From the human T2T-CHM13v2.0 reference genome, Homo sapiens: 64,000 nt of DNA. The notes beneath the pieces are model-generated. The model ran no database searches. It saw only the letters and a list, made by a program, of their open reading frames with translations, and was not told the DNA's origin. The DNA is taken from the NCBI RefSeq assembly GCF_009914755.1, contig NC_060935.1. One strand, written 5' to 3'. Below, one piece after another: positions 1 to 19,088 of the stretch (the stretch's first letter is position 1; every line of letters starts with the position of its first letter). The position numbers were made by a program, and so were the translations under genes.

Positions 1-597
1 TCCCTATGGAAAGCAGTTTGGAGAGATCTCAAAGAACCAATAATACAATTATATTTGACCCAGCAATCTCATTACTGGGTATATACTCAAATGAAAATAA
101 ATTATTCTACCAAACAGACACCTGCACTCATATGTTCGTTGTAGCACTATTCATAGTAGCAAAGACATGGAATCAACCCAGGTGTCCAGTAATGGTGGAT
201 TTCATTAAGACAATGTGGTATGTACATACCATGGAATACTAAGCAGTCATAAAAAAGAGAAAAATCATGTCCTTTGCAGCAACATGGATGCAACTGGAGG
301 CCATTCTCCTAAGTGAACCAATGCAGAAACAAAAAACTAAATACCCAAATACCATGTGTTCTCAATTATAAGTGAGAACTAAACGTTAGGTGCACATGGA
401 CACAAACATGGAAAAACAGACACTCGGGACTCCAAAAGGGGGAGGTGGGGAGGAAGAAGAGGTTGAAAGACTACCTATCAGGTACTATGTGCACAATTTG
501 GGGGACAGGATCTTTAGAAGCCCAAACATCAGCATCAGAAAATATACTCATGCAACAACGCTGCACATGTACCTTTGAGTCAAAAAAAAAAAGAAAA
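1..597 (+). mobile_element. Old LINE-1 3' fragment (ORF2 C-terminus, 3' UTR, A tail)
   Basis: ORF 6..242 resembles the L1 ORF2 C-terminus (FDPAISLLGIY...TCTHMF..ALF..AKTWNQP.CP...MEY), followed by L1 3' UTR and an A-rich tail at about 582-597. Confidence 0.9.
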
Positions 598-659
598 AGT
601 GTAAGAGCTGTCTGCATCTGATGATGAACAGAGAACTGCATTAAAAATTAATTAGATCT

Positions 660-946
660 GCCAGGCATGGTAGCTCACGCCTGTAATCCCATCACTTTGG
701 GAGGCTGAGGCAGGCAGATCACTTGAGGCCTGCAGTTTGAGACCAGGCTGGCCAAGATGGTAAAATCCCATCTCTACTAAAAATACAAAAAATTAGCTAG
801 CATGGTGGTGGGCACCTGTAGTCCCAGCTACTTGGGAGTCTGAGGCAGGAGAATCTCTTGAAGCCAGGAAGGAGAGGTTGCAGTGAGCTGATATTGCACT
901 GCACTCCAGCCTGGGTGATAGAGCAAGACTCTGTCTCAAAAAAAAA
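660..946 (+). mobile_element. Alu (AluS-like)
   Basis: Dimeric Alu sequence with A tail; TSD aaaaattaattaga at 643-656 and 942-955. Confidence 0.95.
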
Positions 947-1505
947 TTAATTAGACCTATGAAGGTAAATACCAGGAGAAACAGTGAACCAAGTTCAAGG
1001 TAAGTATGGACTATATTGTGAGAATGGAAAGGAACAGAGAACTACTGTTTTTAATTAGAATCTATTTAACACAATTATATTTTTTACTCGAAGCACCTAT
1101 ATCATTTTAAAAATTAGAAGTATGAAAAAATAAGTAGAAGACAAATGAAAGGTGAGGAGATACAGAAGGAACACTGGGAAAAAGTGGTTGGTGAAAACAT
1201 TGAGTGGAAAGAGCCTATGATGCTGAATATTATCTCAGATCAACCCAGAACCCCACCAAAGTCTTAGGAGGTATATATTTTATTAAAAGAAATAATGGAT
1301 TTCCTTAAAGAATTAATTACATGAAGAACAACAAGACATAGACAGAGTACTGATGAGAGACATGAAGTATATCACTAAGAATAAGATTTCCTCACAAAAA
1401 TTAAAGGCCTGCAGAAATTCAAAGAAAAGCAGTATCTTTCTGAGCTGTGCATGTTTCAGTAAGGAAGGCTTCTTGGAGGAGGTGATGGTTGAGTAGCATT
1501 AGAAT

Positions 1506-2080
1506 TGTTAGGGAAGCAGGAGGCTGGGAGAGCCAGAATGACACTATTTTAAAATCAACTCCATCTGAAAACCAGCGAGACACCTTCCCTGCCAGTCACC
1601 ACCCATAGTCCTAAATTGTTTATAGCTAAGGAAGCAGTTTGGTCATGCCTGCAAAGACAAACTCCAACAACATCAGAAAGTCCAGATGTCCCAATACCTA
1701 TAACAATATTTGCTTTCAAGATAATTATGGTTCTGCTTTGATGTACTCACACACGAAAATGTCAAGGACAGTTTCCTTTAAATCAATAGAACAATACTTT
1801 TTGTCATGCTGTCTGCTAACTCCCATGTAGTCACAGCTTAGTTTAGTCTTTACATAGACAAGACCCCAATATAAGAAAAAGTTAAAACAAAGATGGTGCA
1901 TTTCTCCAGCTGCTTTCTGAGAATGCCTTACCAAGGCATTCTGAGAATTCCTTAGTAATGGATTCGTTCTAAGAAACTCGCTTCTTTTATTCCGCTCTGT
2001 GACTCACCTTGAATTCCGTCCTGTGTGTGATCCAGAAACCCTCTCTTGGGGTCTGGATTGAGATTTCTTTTCCAGTAACA
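1506..2080 (+). mobile_element. ERV1-class solo LTR
   Basis: TGTTA...TAACA termini, near-TSD gaat/gaag, LTR-like 3' end (ccctctcttggggtctggat); absent at the matching position of duplicate copy B. Confidence 0.8.
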
Positions 2081-2327
2081 GAAGGACTTAGAAGATGAGG
2101 AAGACAGAGGAGGAATTAAGGCCCTCCTGGTGGGCAAAGCAGCCTGGGCAAGGGCATGCAGGTGAGATGGAGTACAGCTCACTGGGGGGGGGGGGGTAGA
2201 GATGCCCACACATCTGCTGGCATCTTACCATAGTTGGAACTGTGATAATTTTGCACCAAGTGTGAGGCTAGCTGGCACTGCCGATGTTTCATTACCAGAA
2301 CAAAGGCTGTTTGATATTTCTGTACAT

Positions 2328-2560
2328 AAGGCTTCTCAACATTGGCAGTATTCATGTTTCTGATTGTGGACAGCTGTCTTGAGCATTTTAGGATGTTTAG
2401 CAGAATTCAGCAGAATGTTTAATTCCTAGCCTCTGCCATTTGATCTCAATAGTGCAATCACCTCATCTAGTAGGAACAACAGAAACCCACTCCAGACATT
2501 GACAAAGGTTCTCCAGAGCAGAGGAAAAGGGCAAAATGCTCCCACTGTGACCCACTGCTC
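2328..2560 (-). mobile_element. MER20 (hAT-Charlie) DNA transposon remnant in copy A
   Basis: ggcttctcaacattggcagtatt...ggatgtttagcag...ctccagacattgacaaa...ggcaaaat matches the reverse complement of the MER20 consensus as I recall it. Confidence 0.7.
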
Positions 2561-3469
2561 TAGCAATGGGGATGCTTTATGTAAGTCCCTGTATACCTCA
2601 GGTAATGCCCCCAGTGAAGCAGAGGCTCATGACAGTGGGCTGACATCTGTGTGCAGTAAAATTCTGGCTTTGAAGTGAGGGATAAATTAATAACTCACTG
2701 GCAAAGGCACTGGTGAAGGTATCTAATGAATCAATGCAAACTTTCCCATGTGTTTGTGCATTAACATTTTAAACCACACACATTGTGGGGACATGGAAAG
2801 TTGTGTAATTTCTGGGTTTTGGTGAAGAAGCCAAAAGAATTTGCCAGAGGCTGACAGCTGACTCTGGCTCTACTTCCAGATCCGGATCCTGATCCCAACT
2901 CATTAGATAGATCCTGGTCACATGGTGTCATGGTAACAGTCACTTCTAGAGAAGGACACTGAGGTGGCCCAGACCCTGGTTGGCAAAGTCTCTAGTCACC
3001 TCCTCTCTTCACTTGCCTTCTTTCTCCCCTACTCCAAATTTCCCTCATGGAGAGTACAAATGGTGATGCATTGCCCGGGAAGTCAGTGATATCTGATTTT
3101 CATCTTAAGTCTGATGCTTGTTTTTAGTAAGACTTTAATTTCAAATTAATCCTTTTTTCTAAATAGACTTTGTAATAAAGCATGAAATTCAATCAATAAA
3201 CTCTTTGTGAAAAAGCCAAAATCTGCTCTTAAAAGTCAATTACACAATATTAATTAAGCACCTAGGCTGTATGACTGTTACACCAAGACAAAGAAACCAC
3301 AGTATTCTCAAGAAACACCTACAGAGAAGAATGGACCATGTGTTCAGGATTCTGGGGATGTCAGGAGAGAGCTACTCTAATTATATAATCTCTTGATCGA
3401 AGAATGAGTATATACCAATGATTGTGTATTTAATAATGCACTTTAAATACATTTTCATTTCTTTCTTTT

Positions 3470-4940
<1,471 letters not shown>

Positions 4941-5437
4941 TGTGTATATTTCTAATCACATAAGGAAATATGTCTGTCATTGGTTTCCTTGTTATAAAAA
5001 CAATCATATTAGATTCATATGCTGTCTGATTCCTCCAGGAGCTACTGCTGAAGAGTGTGAGGTGGGATCAGGTAAGACTGGGCAGGCTGAGGGCATCTGA
5101 TGGCAACAGGTAGGATCTACAAAAGGGAGTGAATGAGGCCTGCATGTTTACCCCCAATGGACATCCTCTTCTAGAACCACGGACACCTCCCAAGACCACA
5201 TATCTCTAGCTGTCAACAAACTGTACAAAAAATGAAAGTACATTTAGCTTTACCAAGTGCAAAGAATTTACTTATCCTGGCTCCTTTTATGTAACTCTTG
5301 CTGCCTCTCTCATGGGCATCTTAACTGTTTTCCTTGACAAGATTTACTCATCTGTGCCTAAGATGTTTCCCTCAAATCTCTTCTCCCTGCTGTCTACCTC
5401 ATAGGCTAGACAAGGTCACACTCTGAAAACAAATAAT

Positions 5438-6815
5438 AGACTTCCTTTAAAAATGAATCACATGTTGAACAACAGGATATGAGACAGAAGACTGAAGAAG
5501 GACCTGTGGAATATCTCTAAGAATGAAATTTCATCATGGAAATTAAAGGCCTTTAGAAAATCAAAGAACAACATCCTTCTGAGCTTCACATGCTCCGGGA
5601 AAGGTTTGTGGATGAGGTGATGATTGAGTAGCATCACAAGGACCTAGAGGATGAGGAAGACCTAAGGATGGAAGTAAGGCCCTTCTGGTGGATGAAGCAG
5701 CCTCGGCCAGGGCATGAATTTACATACAGTCCAGCCCATTGGAGGGCAGGCACCTGCTGGCATTCTTACCATATGTAGGGCTGCATCCACTGTGCACTGG
5801 GTGTGAGGCTGGCTGGCACTGCTGTTTTTTCGTGACCAGGTGAACGGCTCTTCAATATTTCTGCATACATGGCTTCTCAGCATTGGCAATATTAATATTT
5901 GTGGTTGAATATCTCATTCTTGTGGACAGCTGTCCTGAACATTGTTAGATGTTAAGAAGGTTTCAGTTGATGTTTAATTCCTGGCCTCTGTCACTTGACC
6001 TCAATAGGACACTCACCCCCATCCAGTTGGGACAAGCAAAACCCACTATTGGGAAAGGTTCTTCAGGGTGGGGAAAGTGAAAAAGTGTCCCCACTGAGAC
6101 CCATTGCTCCAGCAGCAGGGATACTTTGTATAAGTTCCTCCATATGCCTCTCCTGAGGCCCTGGCGTAACAGAGGCTCATGACAGTGGGCTGACTACTGT
6201 TTTTGGGATAATGTTGGCATTGAAGGGAGGGGAAAATTACTAACTCACTGGCAAAGGTACTAGTGAAGGTATCTGATGAGCCAAGGTAAACTTCCTCTCG
6301 CATATGCGCATTAACATTTTTAACCACACACAATGTGGGGACGTGGCGAGTTGTATAATTTCTGGGTTTTGGTACGGGAAAGAATTAGCCAGGGGCTGAC
6401 ATTGACCTTGTCTCTGCTTTCAAATCCGGTTCCAGGTTCCAACTCATTAGATACATCCTGGTCAGATGGTGTCACACTAACAGTCACTTCTAGGGCAAAA
6501 GGACACTGAGGTGGCCCAGGCTCTCATTAGCAGGGTTTCCAGCCATCTTCTTTCTTCACTACCTTCTTCCTACCTGACCCCCAGTTTCCCTCCAGGAAAG
6601 TACAAATGGTGTTGTATTTACCATGTCCAGGAAGACACAGTGGTGTCTGATTTAAGTGTTACGTCTGATGTCTGTGTTTCGTAAAACTTTAATTTTAAAT
6701 GAGTTCCTTTTCCTGAATAGATCTAGTAATAAAACATAAAATACAGTCAATACACTCTTTGTGTAAAATATCAAAATCTGCTCTTGAAAATGAGTTACAC
6801 AATAGTAAATTAAGG
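5438..6815 (+). repeat. Copy B of the diverged local direct duplication
   Basis: Aligns to 1295-1505 plus 2081-3260. Confidence 0.9.
5870..6110 (-). mobile_element. MER20 remnant in copy B
   Basis: Paralog of 2328-2560 (ggcttctcagcattggcaatatt...ccagttgggacaagcaaaa). Confidence 0.65.
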
Positions 6816-7954
6816 AAAATAAGTAGTTTTCATCACTATAATACAAACAAGAAGTGCCCAAGCCATGAGCTCAATGAGCAGGGACAGGGAGGAAGGGTCA
6901 GGGTGAGGGTCCTGGAGATGTCAGATGGAACTGCCTATGGACAGATACAGGGTCCTGTGAACAGGGAGGTCCCCAGAGATGCAGGGCCAGCAAAGAACAC
7001 AAGGCATTAGCCATCTTTGATGTGGCTTTTGGAATGAAGTGTTTCAACCCAGAGCAGCTGAGGCAAGGGCAGAGGAGGAGGGGAATCCACTTGGAGCAAA
7101 GGTCTCAAGCAGAAAACTCTTCTCCAGGGCTTGTGCAGAAATCAACCCAGAGTTCTCATAGGGCAGCAGTGGGAGTCATGGACACCAGGACTCATCTGAA
7201 CCATGATGTGCAGGTCCCTCAGTGTTCAGCCAAGGAGGGAAATAGTGTTGAGAGCAGCCTGTGGAGCCAGAACATCTGGCTTTTTATCCCGCTTCTGCCC
7301 CTTCCTAGCTGTGTTCTTTCAGGTGAGTGCCTTAACATCTCTGTGTCACATTTCTGTTAGGTGGGGTGAAATGACATGCCCACATCATAGGGAAGTGACT
7401 ACTCATGCTAATTTGCCCACAGCAGTCCTGGGTTATGTTATTGTCCTGGCATCCCATTGATTTTATGTTTCTTTTCAGCCACCAAAATGTTGGAGTTTGG
7501 CTAACAAATAATACGGTCACCCTTCTGCTAAGGTTGCTGCTAGGAATGTTGTCACAGGGTTCAACAGTGCCTTTCAAACAGCAAACTGCTACATAATTAT
7601 GATTCCTGCTCTACTGAACATTAAAAAGCAAGTGGAAGCACATTTGGAGCTGAGTTCTGGGAAGATTCATCGGACGACAGTATGTAGGGTCTGTTTAGGA
7701 GAGAATTTATATGTCAATTAGAGCTCAGCAAAATTCTTTAAAATGGACTGAGAGAAAAGATACCAAAGCCTGGATCACAATGCAGTGCTTTATTTTCCAA
7801 GTTAAATGTTTTTGCTTTGTCTAACTATGGTTATTGTGATATATTTTTGAGAATATTAAGGGCAGACTAATTTTCCAGTGTTCTATGATGAGCTTAGTAG
7901 TCCTAGGAGTTGAATCATAAATACAACTCTTAACAATAGGAAAAGATGATGAGC

Positions 7955-8150
7955 AACTGACATTTAGACAGCACTGACTCTGCACCAGGCACTGTTCCCA
8001 GTACCTTACCATTTTTACTTTACTTATGAGTCACAACCATTCTATGACTGTTTCCATTTTGAAGCGGACACAAATCGTTAAGTCTCCTGTCCACCGTGGC
8101 ACTGTCAGCAAACAGAGGAGCTGGGATGTGAACACAGGCAGTCGGTCTGG
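7955..8150 (-). mobile_element. MIR fragment
   Basis: actgactctgcaccaggcactgtt...ttccattttgaag...gctgggatgtgaacacaggcagtc resembles an antisense MIR core. Confidence 0.55.
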
Positions 8151-8590
8151 CTTGGGGTCCTCACTCAGGAGCCATCAGCCATGGGCCTATGAAGGAAAAG
8201 GGCTGCAGAATTCAGCAGAGATGCAGCTTCCAGGGCCGGCCATTCCAGGCTTTTCGGTACAAATACAGAAATCACTGAGAAAAGATGACTTTCAAACAAC
8301 ATTGCTATTTAATATGAAGTATGGCAATGCCTTTCCTTTACCCAAATCCCTCATGTCCCTACATCTCAGCTCTTTTGTGAGCCCAAGGCCAGGGTAGATG
8401 TCTGCCTTTTTTTTTAAGGCACACTTTTTTCCCCTCACAAAACACAAGCACATTTTAGAGAGAATGTGTGAATGACTTATTGCTTTGTCATAGTAGAGGC
8501 TCAGTAAACACTTGTCACAGAAACACTGAAGACTGAAGGACACTTGGCTTCCAGTTTCTGAACTGAATTAGGGACCTGAATAAAAGTCCC

Positions 8591-9075
<485 letters not shown>

Positions 9076-9387
9076 TTAGTGGGGCACCATGTAGGTGGTG
9101 TGGGGAGTTCATTTTAGATGGGTAAGATAACACTGCGTGAGTGTTTGTCCCTGTGGGAAAGAGGGCAGGTCCATAAGGACTGGGGCACCAGGCAGAGACC
9201 CATTAGGTCTTGGCCAAGGAGACAGTCTCCGTTTCATGATCAAAGTTTTTCACTTCATTTATGGAAGAAGGATGCCTGCCATGGCCAGCTGGGTGAAAGT
9301 ACACCTATAAGTACAGAAACCTTCTTTTCTAGCCTCTTCCTAAATCAATTTTGTTCTCAACTGGAAAATATCTGAGGCTCCAGCTGA

Positions 9388-9782
<395 letters not shown>

Positions 9783-9989
9783 TCTTTTATAAAAAACCCA
9801 AGCCAGCTTTGTATTTCTTGTTCCCATGACCTTCACCATGCCCCTAATTAAACGAGGGTGGGTTTTCTGTCACATGAGGCTGTCCTGTCCTCCTGATCCC
9901 ATGTGGCCATGTTCCTTGCCTTCCTTACCTGGCCAAGTGCCATCTGCCCTCTGGTCTCTGATCTTGTCATTCCCTCTGCATGGAACTGC

Positions 9990-10320
9990 ATCTTCCCTGG
10001 ATCTGTCACTAGACAGTGTCGTCCACTCATCCAAATGTCAGCTGAAATGGCATGGCCTCCTCCTCTCAGTAGTCAGTCCATGACATCATTTTGCTGTTGT
10101 GGATATTTTGAGTTCTTTGCAGTGATTACTACTTTCTCATATCTCTCTTATGTGGCAGGATGCTTGTTACCTCCCTTATTGGAAAGTCAGCTCCATGAGA
10201 GCAAGGGCTTGGTCTAAATTGTGCCTATAACTGAATTTATGGTGTGCAGCTCACTGCCAGCTCATAGGGGATGCTCAGTAGTTATTTAAAGATGGATGGC
10301 TGCATGCATGGATGAAATCT
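9990..10320 (+). mobile_element. L2 3' fragment
   Basis: gtcagctccatgagagcaagggc...atgctcagtagttattt...atggatgg, typical of an L2 3' end. Confidence 0.6.
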
Positions 10321-10335
10321 TGTCTTTATACATGA

Positions 10336-10656
<321 letters not shown>

Positions 10657-11129
10657 TGAAACAATCTTTACATGAAGCATCCTTATACAAATTCTGCATG
10701 CTATCCCATTCCGCCTTTTATTTTCTTCAAGTGATGAAAAGGAAGGATGCTCAGAGAGACCAGCAAGGACATGGCAGGACTGCAAGTTGCATCCAGGGTC
10801 CAAACCCTCATCCCTGATTCCAAATTCCATCACCACCCACCACCCAGCACTGCCTGTCCAGCCCATCAGTTACGCTACTAATTCACAGCATCCTTTGAAT
10901 CAGTGGAAAGAAAACCCTAAAAAGTTACCAAAGAACTAAACAAAGTTATCAATTAATTTATAATTAACCGAGATAATCCTTGTAAAAATAACTTTCAGCG
11001 GAGGGTGGATGGCCTTAAATTTCCCCACAAAAGGTAAAACTTTCCCAGACATCCCTTTCTGAAAATGAGATGTCAGTGGATGAGAAAAGCCTGCTCCCAA
11101 GAGTAGGTGTGAGGTATTGCACCTAGGCC

Positions 11130-11400
11130 CACTGCTGGGATAAGCTGGCACAGATACACGGGACATGATGCTTTCATTCTCACCTTAAAGAAAGAGACAG
11201 AGAAGAAAAGGAAGGGGAGCAAGTGGAGAAGGAATACAAGAAAGAGGAAGAGAAGCAGGAAGATTCTACATACAGGCTGGCTGTGTTTCCCCTGGGGCAT
11301 GCTCCTGTTTACTGGTCCCATGCCAGGTTGACTCATTGCCTCGTTCATGGGTGGAATTAAGATGCCTACCTGGGGAATAAATAGAGCAAGGCTGGGTGCT
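11130..11400 (+). promoter_or_regulatory. SCGB2A2 proximal promoter: GATA motif, purine-rich tract, ETS core CAGGAAG (11256-11262), forkhead TGTTTAC (11306-11312), AP-1 TGACTCA (11329-11335), TATA-like AATAAATA (11376-11383)
   Basis: Motifs read directly from the sequence, about 85-330 nt upstream of the ATG; their function is inferred. Confidence 0.7.
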
Positions 11401-11466
11401 CACCTCCACAGCGGCTTCCTTGATCCTTGCCACCCGCGACTGAACACCGACAGCAGCAGCCTCACC

Positions 11467-14256
<2,790 letters not shown>

Positions 14257-14402
14257 CTTTCTGCAAGACCTTTGGCTCACAGAACTGCAGGGTATGGTGA
14301 GAAACCAACTACGGATTGCTGCAAACCACACCTTCTCTTTCTTATGTCTTTTTACTACAAACTACAAGACAATTGTTGAAACCTGCTATACATGTTTATT
14401 TT

Positions 14403-14408
14403 AATAAA
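14403..14408 (+). terminator. SCGB2A2 polyadenylation signal AATAAA
   Basis: AATAAA about 150 nt after the stop codon, with T-rich sequence downstream. Confidence 0.85.
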
Positions 14409-15250
14409 TTGATGGCAAAAACTGAAGTTTCTCTTTGTTCTACCGTAGAAAAGAGGCGTTAGAGGGCCTCACATATTTTACATACACACACACACACACA
14501 CTTACTTATTAAAGAACTCATGGTCATGGGTTGAGGACTCTGTGAAGCATTTGTTTCCTCAGTCTGACCTCTAAGCCTTGGTACTCTCTCTCTGAAGAGT
14601 GTTTCCCTGTCCCCATCCCACCACCTCCCCCGTCGACTCTCTCTGGAGTCCTCAGGCTCTGGGATGTGAGGCAGGGTTTCACTCAGAGGACCTGCTTTCA
14701 CTCCAGTCCTCCCATCCACGCTGAGCCCTGCTGGCCATGTCAGGCTTCTCTGCGCTGTCTCTGGGCCTCCCCGAGATGTGCAGGGCCTGGGCCAGAGCCA
14801 GCCAGGGAGAGGAGTCCTGCAAAGCAGGGTGGCACCTGACTGGGTTTAAATTTTGTAATTTTTACTCATCATGGATGTTGGCTTCAGTTTAATTTATAAA
14901 CTACTACAGGAAAATATTATTTTTAACCATATTATGTTATTATTTGAATCCTATGCAATATGACTACTGAGTTTAACAGTACCCCTATTAAGATTTTCAA
15001 TGTCCTCTAGTCCTGTGCCTGTGGTGGGACTGGGGTCCATCCTCCGCTGTCCCGCAGTGAGCTGCAAAGGCAATGAGGGTTGAGGGGAGTGAGTGTGCTG
15101 TGCAGGGACCCAGCACAGCAGGGGATGTTTACATGGAACCTGGAGTCTCTTTCATGTCCTGTCCCCAGCATTCCTGTCACCAGGGGCAGTTATTGCCACC
15201 TGTTCTGCTTCTACCTCAGCCTGTCCCTCTTCTTTCTGAGGCTATCCCCT

Positions 15251-15634
15251 TGTAAGGTTTTTGTATCGGCTCGAACCCCAAGAACATACCAACAGACAAC
15301 ACGAGGCAGTGTGGAGCAACATGCTGTTTTAATGAGCGCCTGGAAGCAGGAGGGCTGAGGCCTAAAGTGGCATCAGCCTTAAGTGAGGATGGTGCAAAGG
15401 TTTTATAGTCTCCTGTAAACAGGAAGTGTCCTAGTCTGATGTAACTGCTATGTTATATCTGGATGGCCTCTTTCTCCGTCTTCAGGGGTATGTGTCTTCC
15501 GGCCGGCTCTCTTCCTGCTTCTGCTATCTTGCTGGTGCACCCCACTAGCACAAGTAGCCTTGTGCCTTGGGACTGAGCCTGAGAAGTGGGGAGCTCATCT
15601 CCTTAAGCTTTCAGGCCCTGGGGAGAATTTTACA
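15251..15634 (-). mobile_element. ERV1-class LTR (3' LTR of the adjacent proviral remnant)
   Basis: TGTAA...TTACA inverted termini, about 384 bp, contiguous with the pol remnant. Confidence 0.75.
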
Positions 15635-17140
15635 TTGCTGTCTATTTGGTTATGGAAAAAGGACGACTTTCTCAATAACCACTTCAGGTGTGACATGGGG
15701 TGGCATGGGCACCTTGGAAAAAGAAAAACTTAATTTTGGGGCTATTCTTGAGAGACAGGTTGGTATCCACCATGTCATTGTAGCAGGAGCATCATCTGGA
15801 TTGTCTGGAAAGGTGTCTGTGCCTGCAAAACAGTTATGTTGAGAGGACAAGGAGGTGTCAACAGGGAGAGGCATGGCCTCATTTGCTGCTTCACGAATGA
15901 AAGACCATGTCTGGATTAAGAAGGGGAATAATTCCTGAGTGGCTCAGAGTCTGGTAAGGGTGGAGGCCCCAAGACAAAAGTTTGGCCATACATGATTTCA
16001 AAGGGACTATAGAAAGAGGGTGCTTTTGGTGTTGCGTGGAGTCTCATGAGGGTAAAAGGGAGATTTTTTGTCCACGACTGGGGGGTTTCTAGAAGCAGCT
16101 TGGTGAGTTGGGCTTTAAGGACAGAGTTCATTTTTTCAACTTTGCGTGAAGATTGAGGCCTGTAGGGTGTGTGGAGAACTTACTTTATTTTTAAAGATGT
16201 AGAGACACCTTGGGTGATTTGGCTGATGAAAGTGGGCCTGTTATCAGACTGGATGGATGTTGGGAGTCCAAAATGGGCAATTATATGCATGATGAGCATT
16301 TGCGTGATGATATTTGTACCTTCTGAAGTTATTGGGAATGCTCCTACCTACCTGGAGAAAGTACAGACAAAAACCAGAAGATAGTGGAGCAATTTATCAG
16401 GTGGCTTGTGGGTGAAGTCTACCGGCCAATCTTGCCCGGGTACCTGGCCTCAGGCTTGGTGGGTAGGAAAAGGCAGTGGCCAGAAAGAACCTTGGGGTGA
16501 CACTGAGAGGCAGATACAGCAGGACTGGGTAATCTCTTGAACACAGCTGGAAAGGTGAGGAGAAGTGAGGATAGGGCAGAGAAGTTGCAGGAGAGGTTTG
16601 TAACTGACATGGAAATATTTGTGGAGGTTTGGAGGTGAGGAAGGCTTTGAGAGTGAGGGAGAGTGAAGCACCCTTCCTTGACATACCATGGTCATTGCTT
16701 TTGAAGGTTTGGGGCTTGGAAGTCCTCCTTTTCTTGTGAGGAGTAAAGAGAAGAGAACAAGGACAAGGACAGAAACTGGCCTTGCATGGGATGTAGGGCT
16801 ACTTTTTTGGCTACCTGATCTGCTGGCTCATTTCCAGCCGATATAGGATTGTCTGGGGTTTGGTGGCCTCTGCAATGAATGATGGCAACTTTCTGTGGGA
16901 GCTTGGAAGCTTGAAGGAGCTTGCTGATGAGAGAGCCATTTATGACAGGAGTGCTTTTTGCAGTTACGAAACCCCATTCTTTCCAGATGGATGAGTGTGA
17001 GCACTACGTGGAACACATAATGAGAATTTGAATGTATATTCATCTGTTGTCTGGTTGCTAGAGTGAGAGCTTAAGTGAGGGCGATGAGTTCAGCTTTTTC
17101 GGAGGTGGTGCCTAGGAGGAGCAGATTGGCTTCAACAGTG
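15635..17140 (-). pseudogene. ERV1 (HERV-H/F-like) pol remnant: RNase H and integrase, disrupted; env essentially deleted
   Basis: Minus-strand fragments TSEKAELIALT and NIHSNSHYVFH (RNase H-like) and NSVLKAQLTKL...LPFTLMRLHATPK..YSPFEIMYG (integrase-like). Confidence 0.85.
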
Positions 17141-17884
17141 TAGGGGCTTGTCAGTGTTTTCCCATGTAGGGAAAAACTGAACATTCAGAGCACTGTTCAG
17201 AGGAAATCACTCCTGGACATTATTTGACAAGATATTATTTGAGGGACTATCTCCTGGGTAATTCCTCAATGGGATGAAAATTTTCAACATCCTGTAGGGT
17301 GGATGCTGAGGCACTGAGGCAGGGCTTAATGAAGAGGCCTGGAGACTGAAGACAGGAGTGGTACCTGGCAGAGACACCAGTCATCAATGGCTCTGGTCTC
17401 AGCACTGACTGTGTGGAGAGCTGTGGGAGGAGCCGGGCACCTACGTAGAGACCAGCCCAGGGCCCAACCTCAACGTCAGGGGCTGGATGTGGTGTCTAGA
17501 GACCACTGAGTGAGGTTGTGCGGGTCCAGGACTCCAAGCGGCTGGAGTTGCATCATCTGTGTTAGCAGTTTGAAAATACAGATCATACAAACCCTGTTCT
17601 GTGACCATAATTGAGTCCAATGAAAAATCAAGAGCCGAATGACAAGAAATTCGCCAATCACTTGAAAATTAAACTCCCTGCTGCTAAATGATAATGAGTC
17701 ATTAAATACTTATTGAAATTGTTGTTAGTGTCTGTGTCCAGCCCTGGGTTGTGAGGTATGGGCAAGCAGGGACAGTGGATAAACCCTTCTCTACTCCTGC
17801 CTCCTGCTGGGATGGTTGGGGACAATGCTCTTTTGCTTCCTAGAGGAATGTCAAATAATCCTGTTTGCCTCTCTTTTCTGGACA

Positions 17885-18930
<1,046 letters not shown>

Positions 18931-19088
18931 CTGGGTTAGTTCCTAAATCAAGTTTTTTTCTGGCTTAATACTTGGCAGTTCTGAAATAGCTGCAATTTGT
19001 CCTAGTTGAAATATGGTAATGAGAATTATAAAGAGATTTTTAAAGGAGCTCAGTGGTTAAAAGTCAGCTTAATTAAAAGCTAACATCC

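Larger units (their letters stand above)
1295..3260 (+). repeat. Copy A of a diverged local direct duplication (interrupted by a solo LTR)
   Basis: Colinear with 5438-6815 throughout, e.g. cagaggctcatgacagtgggctgac, taactcactggcaaagg, aaggacactgaggtggcccag, aaaatctgctctt. Confidence 0.9.
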
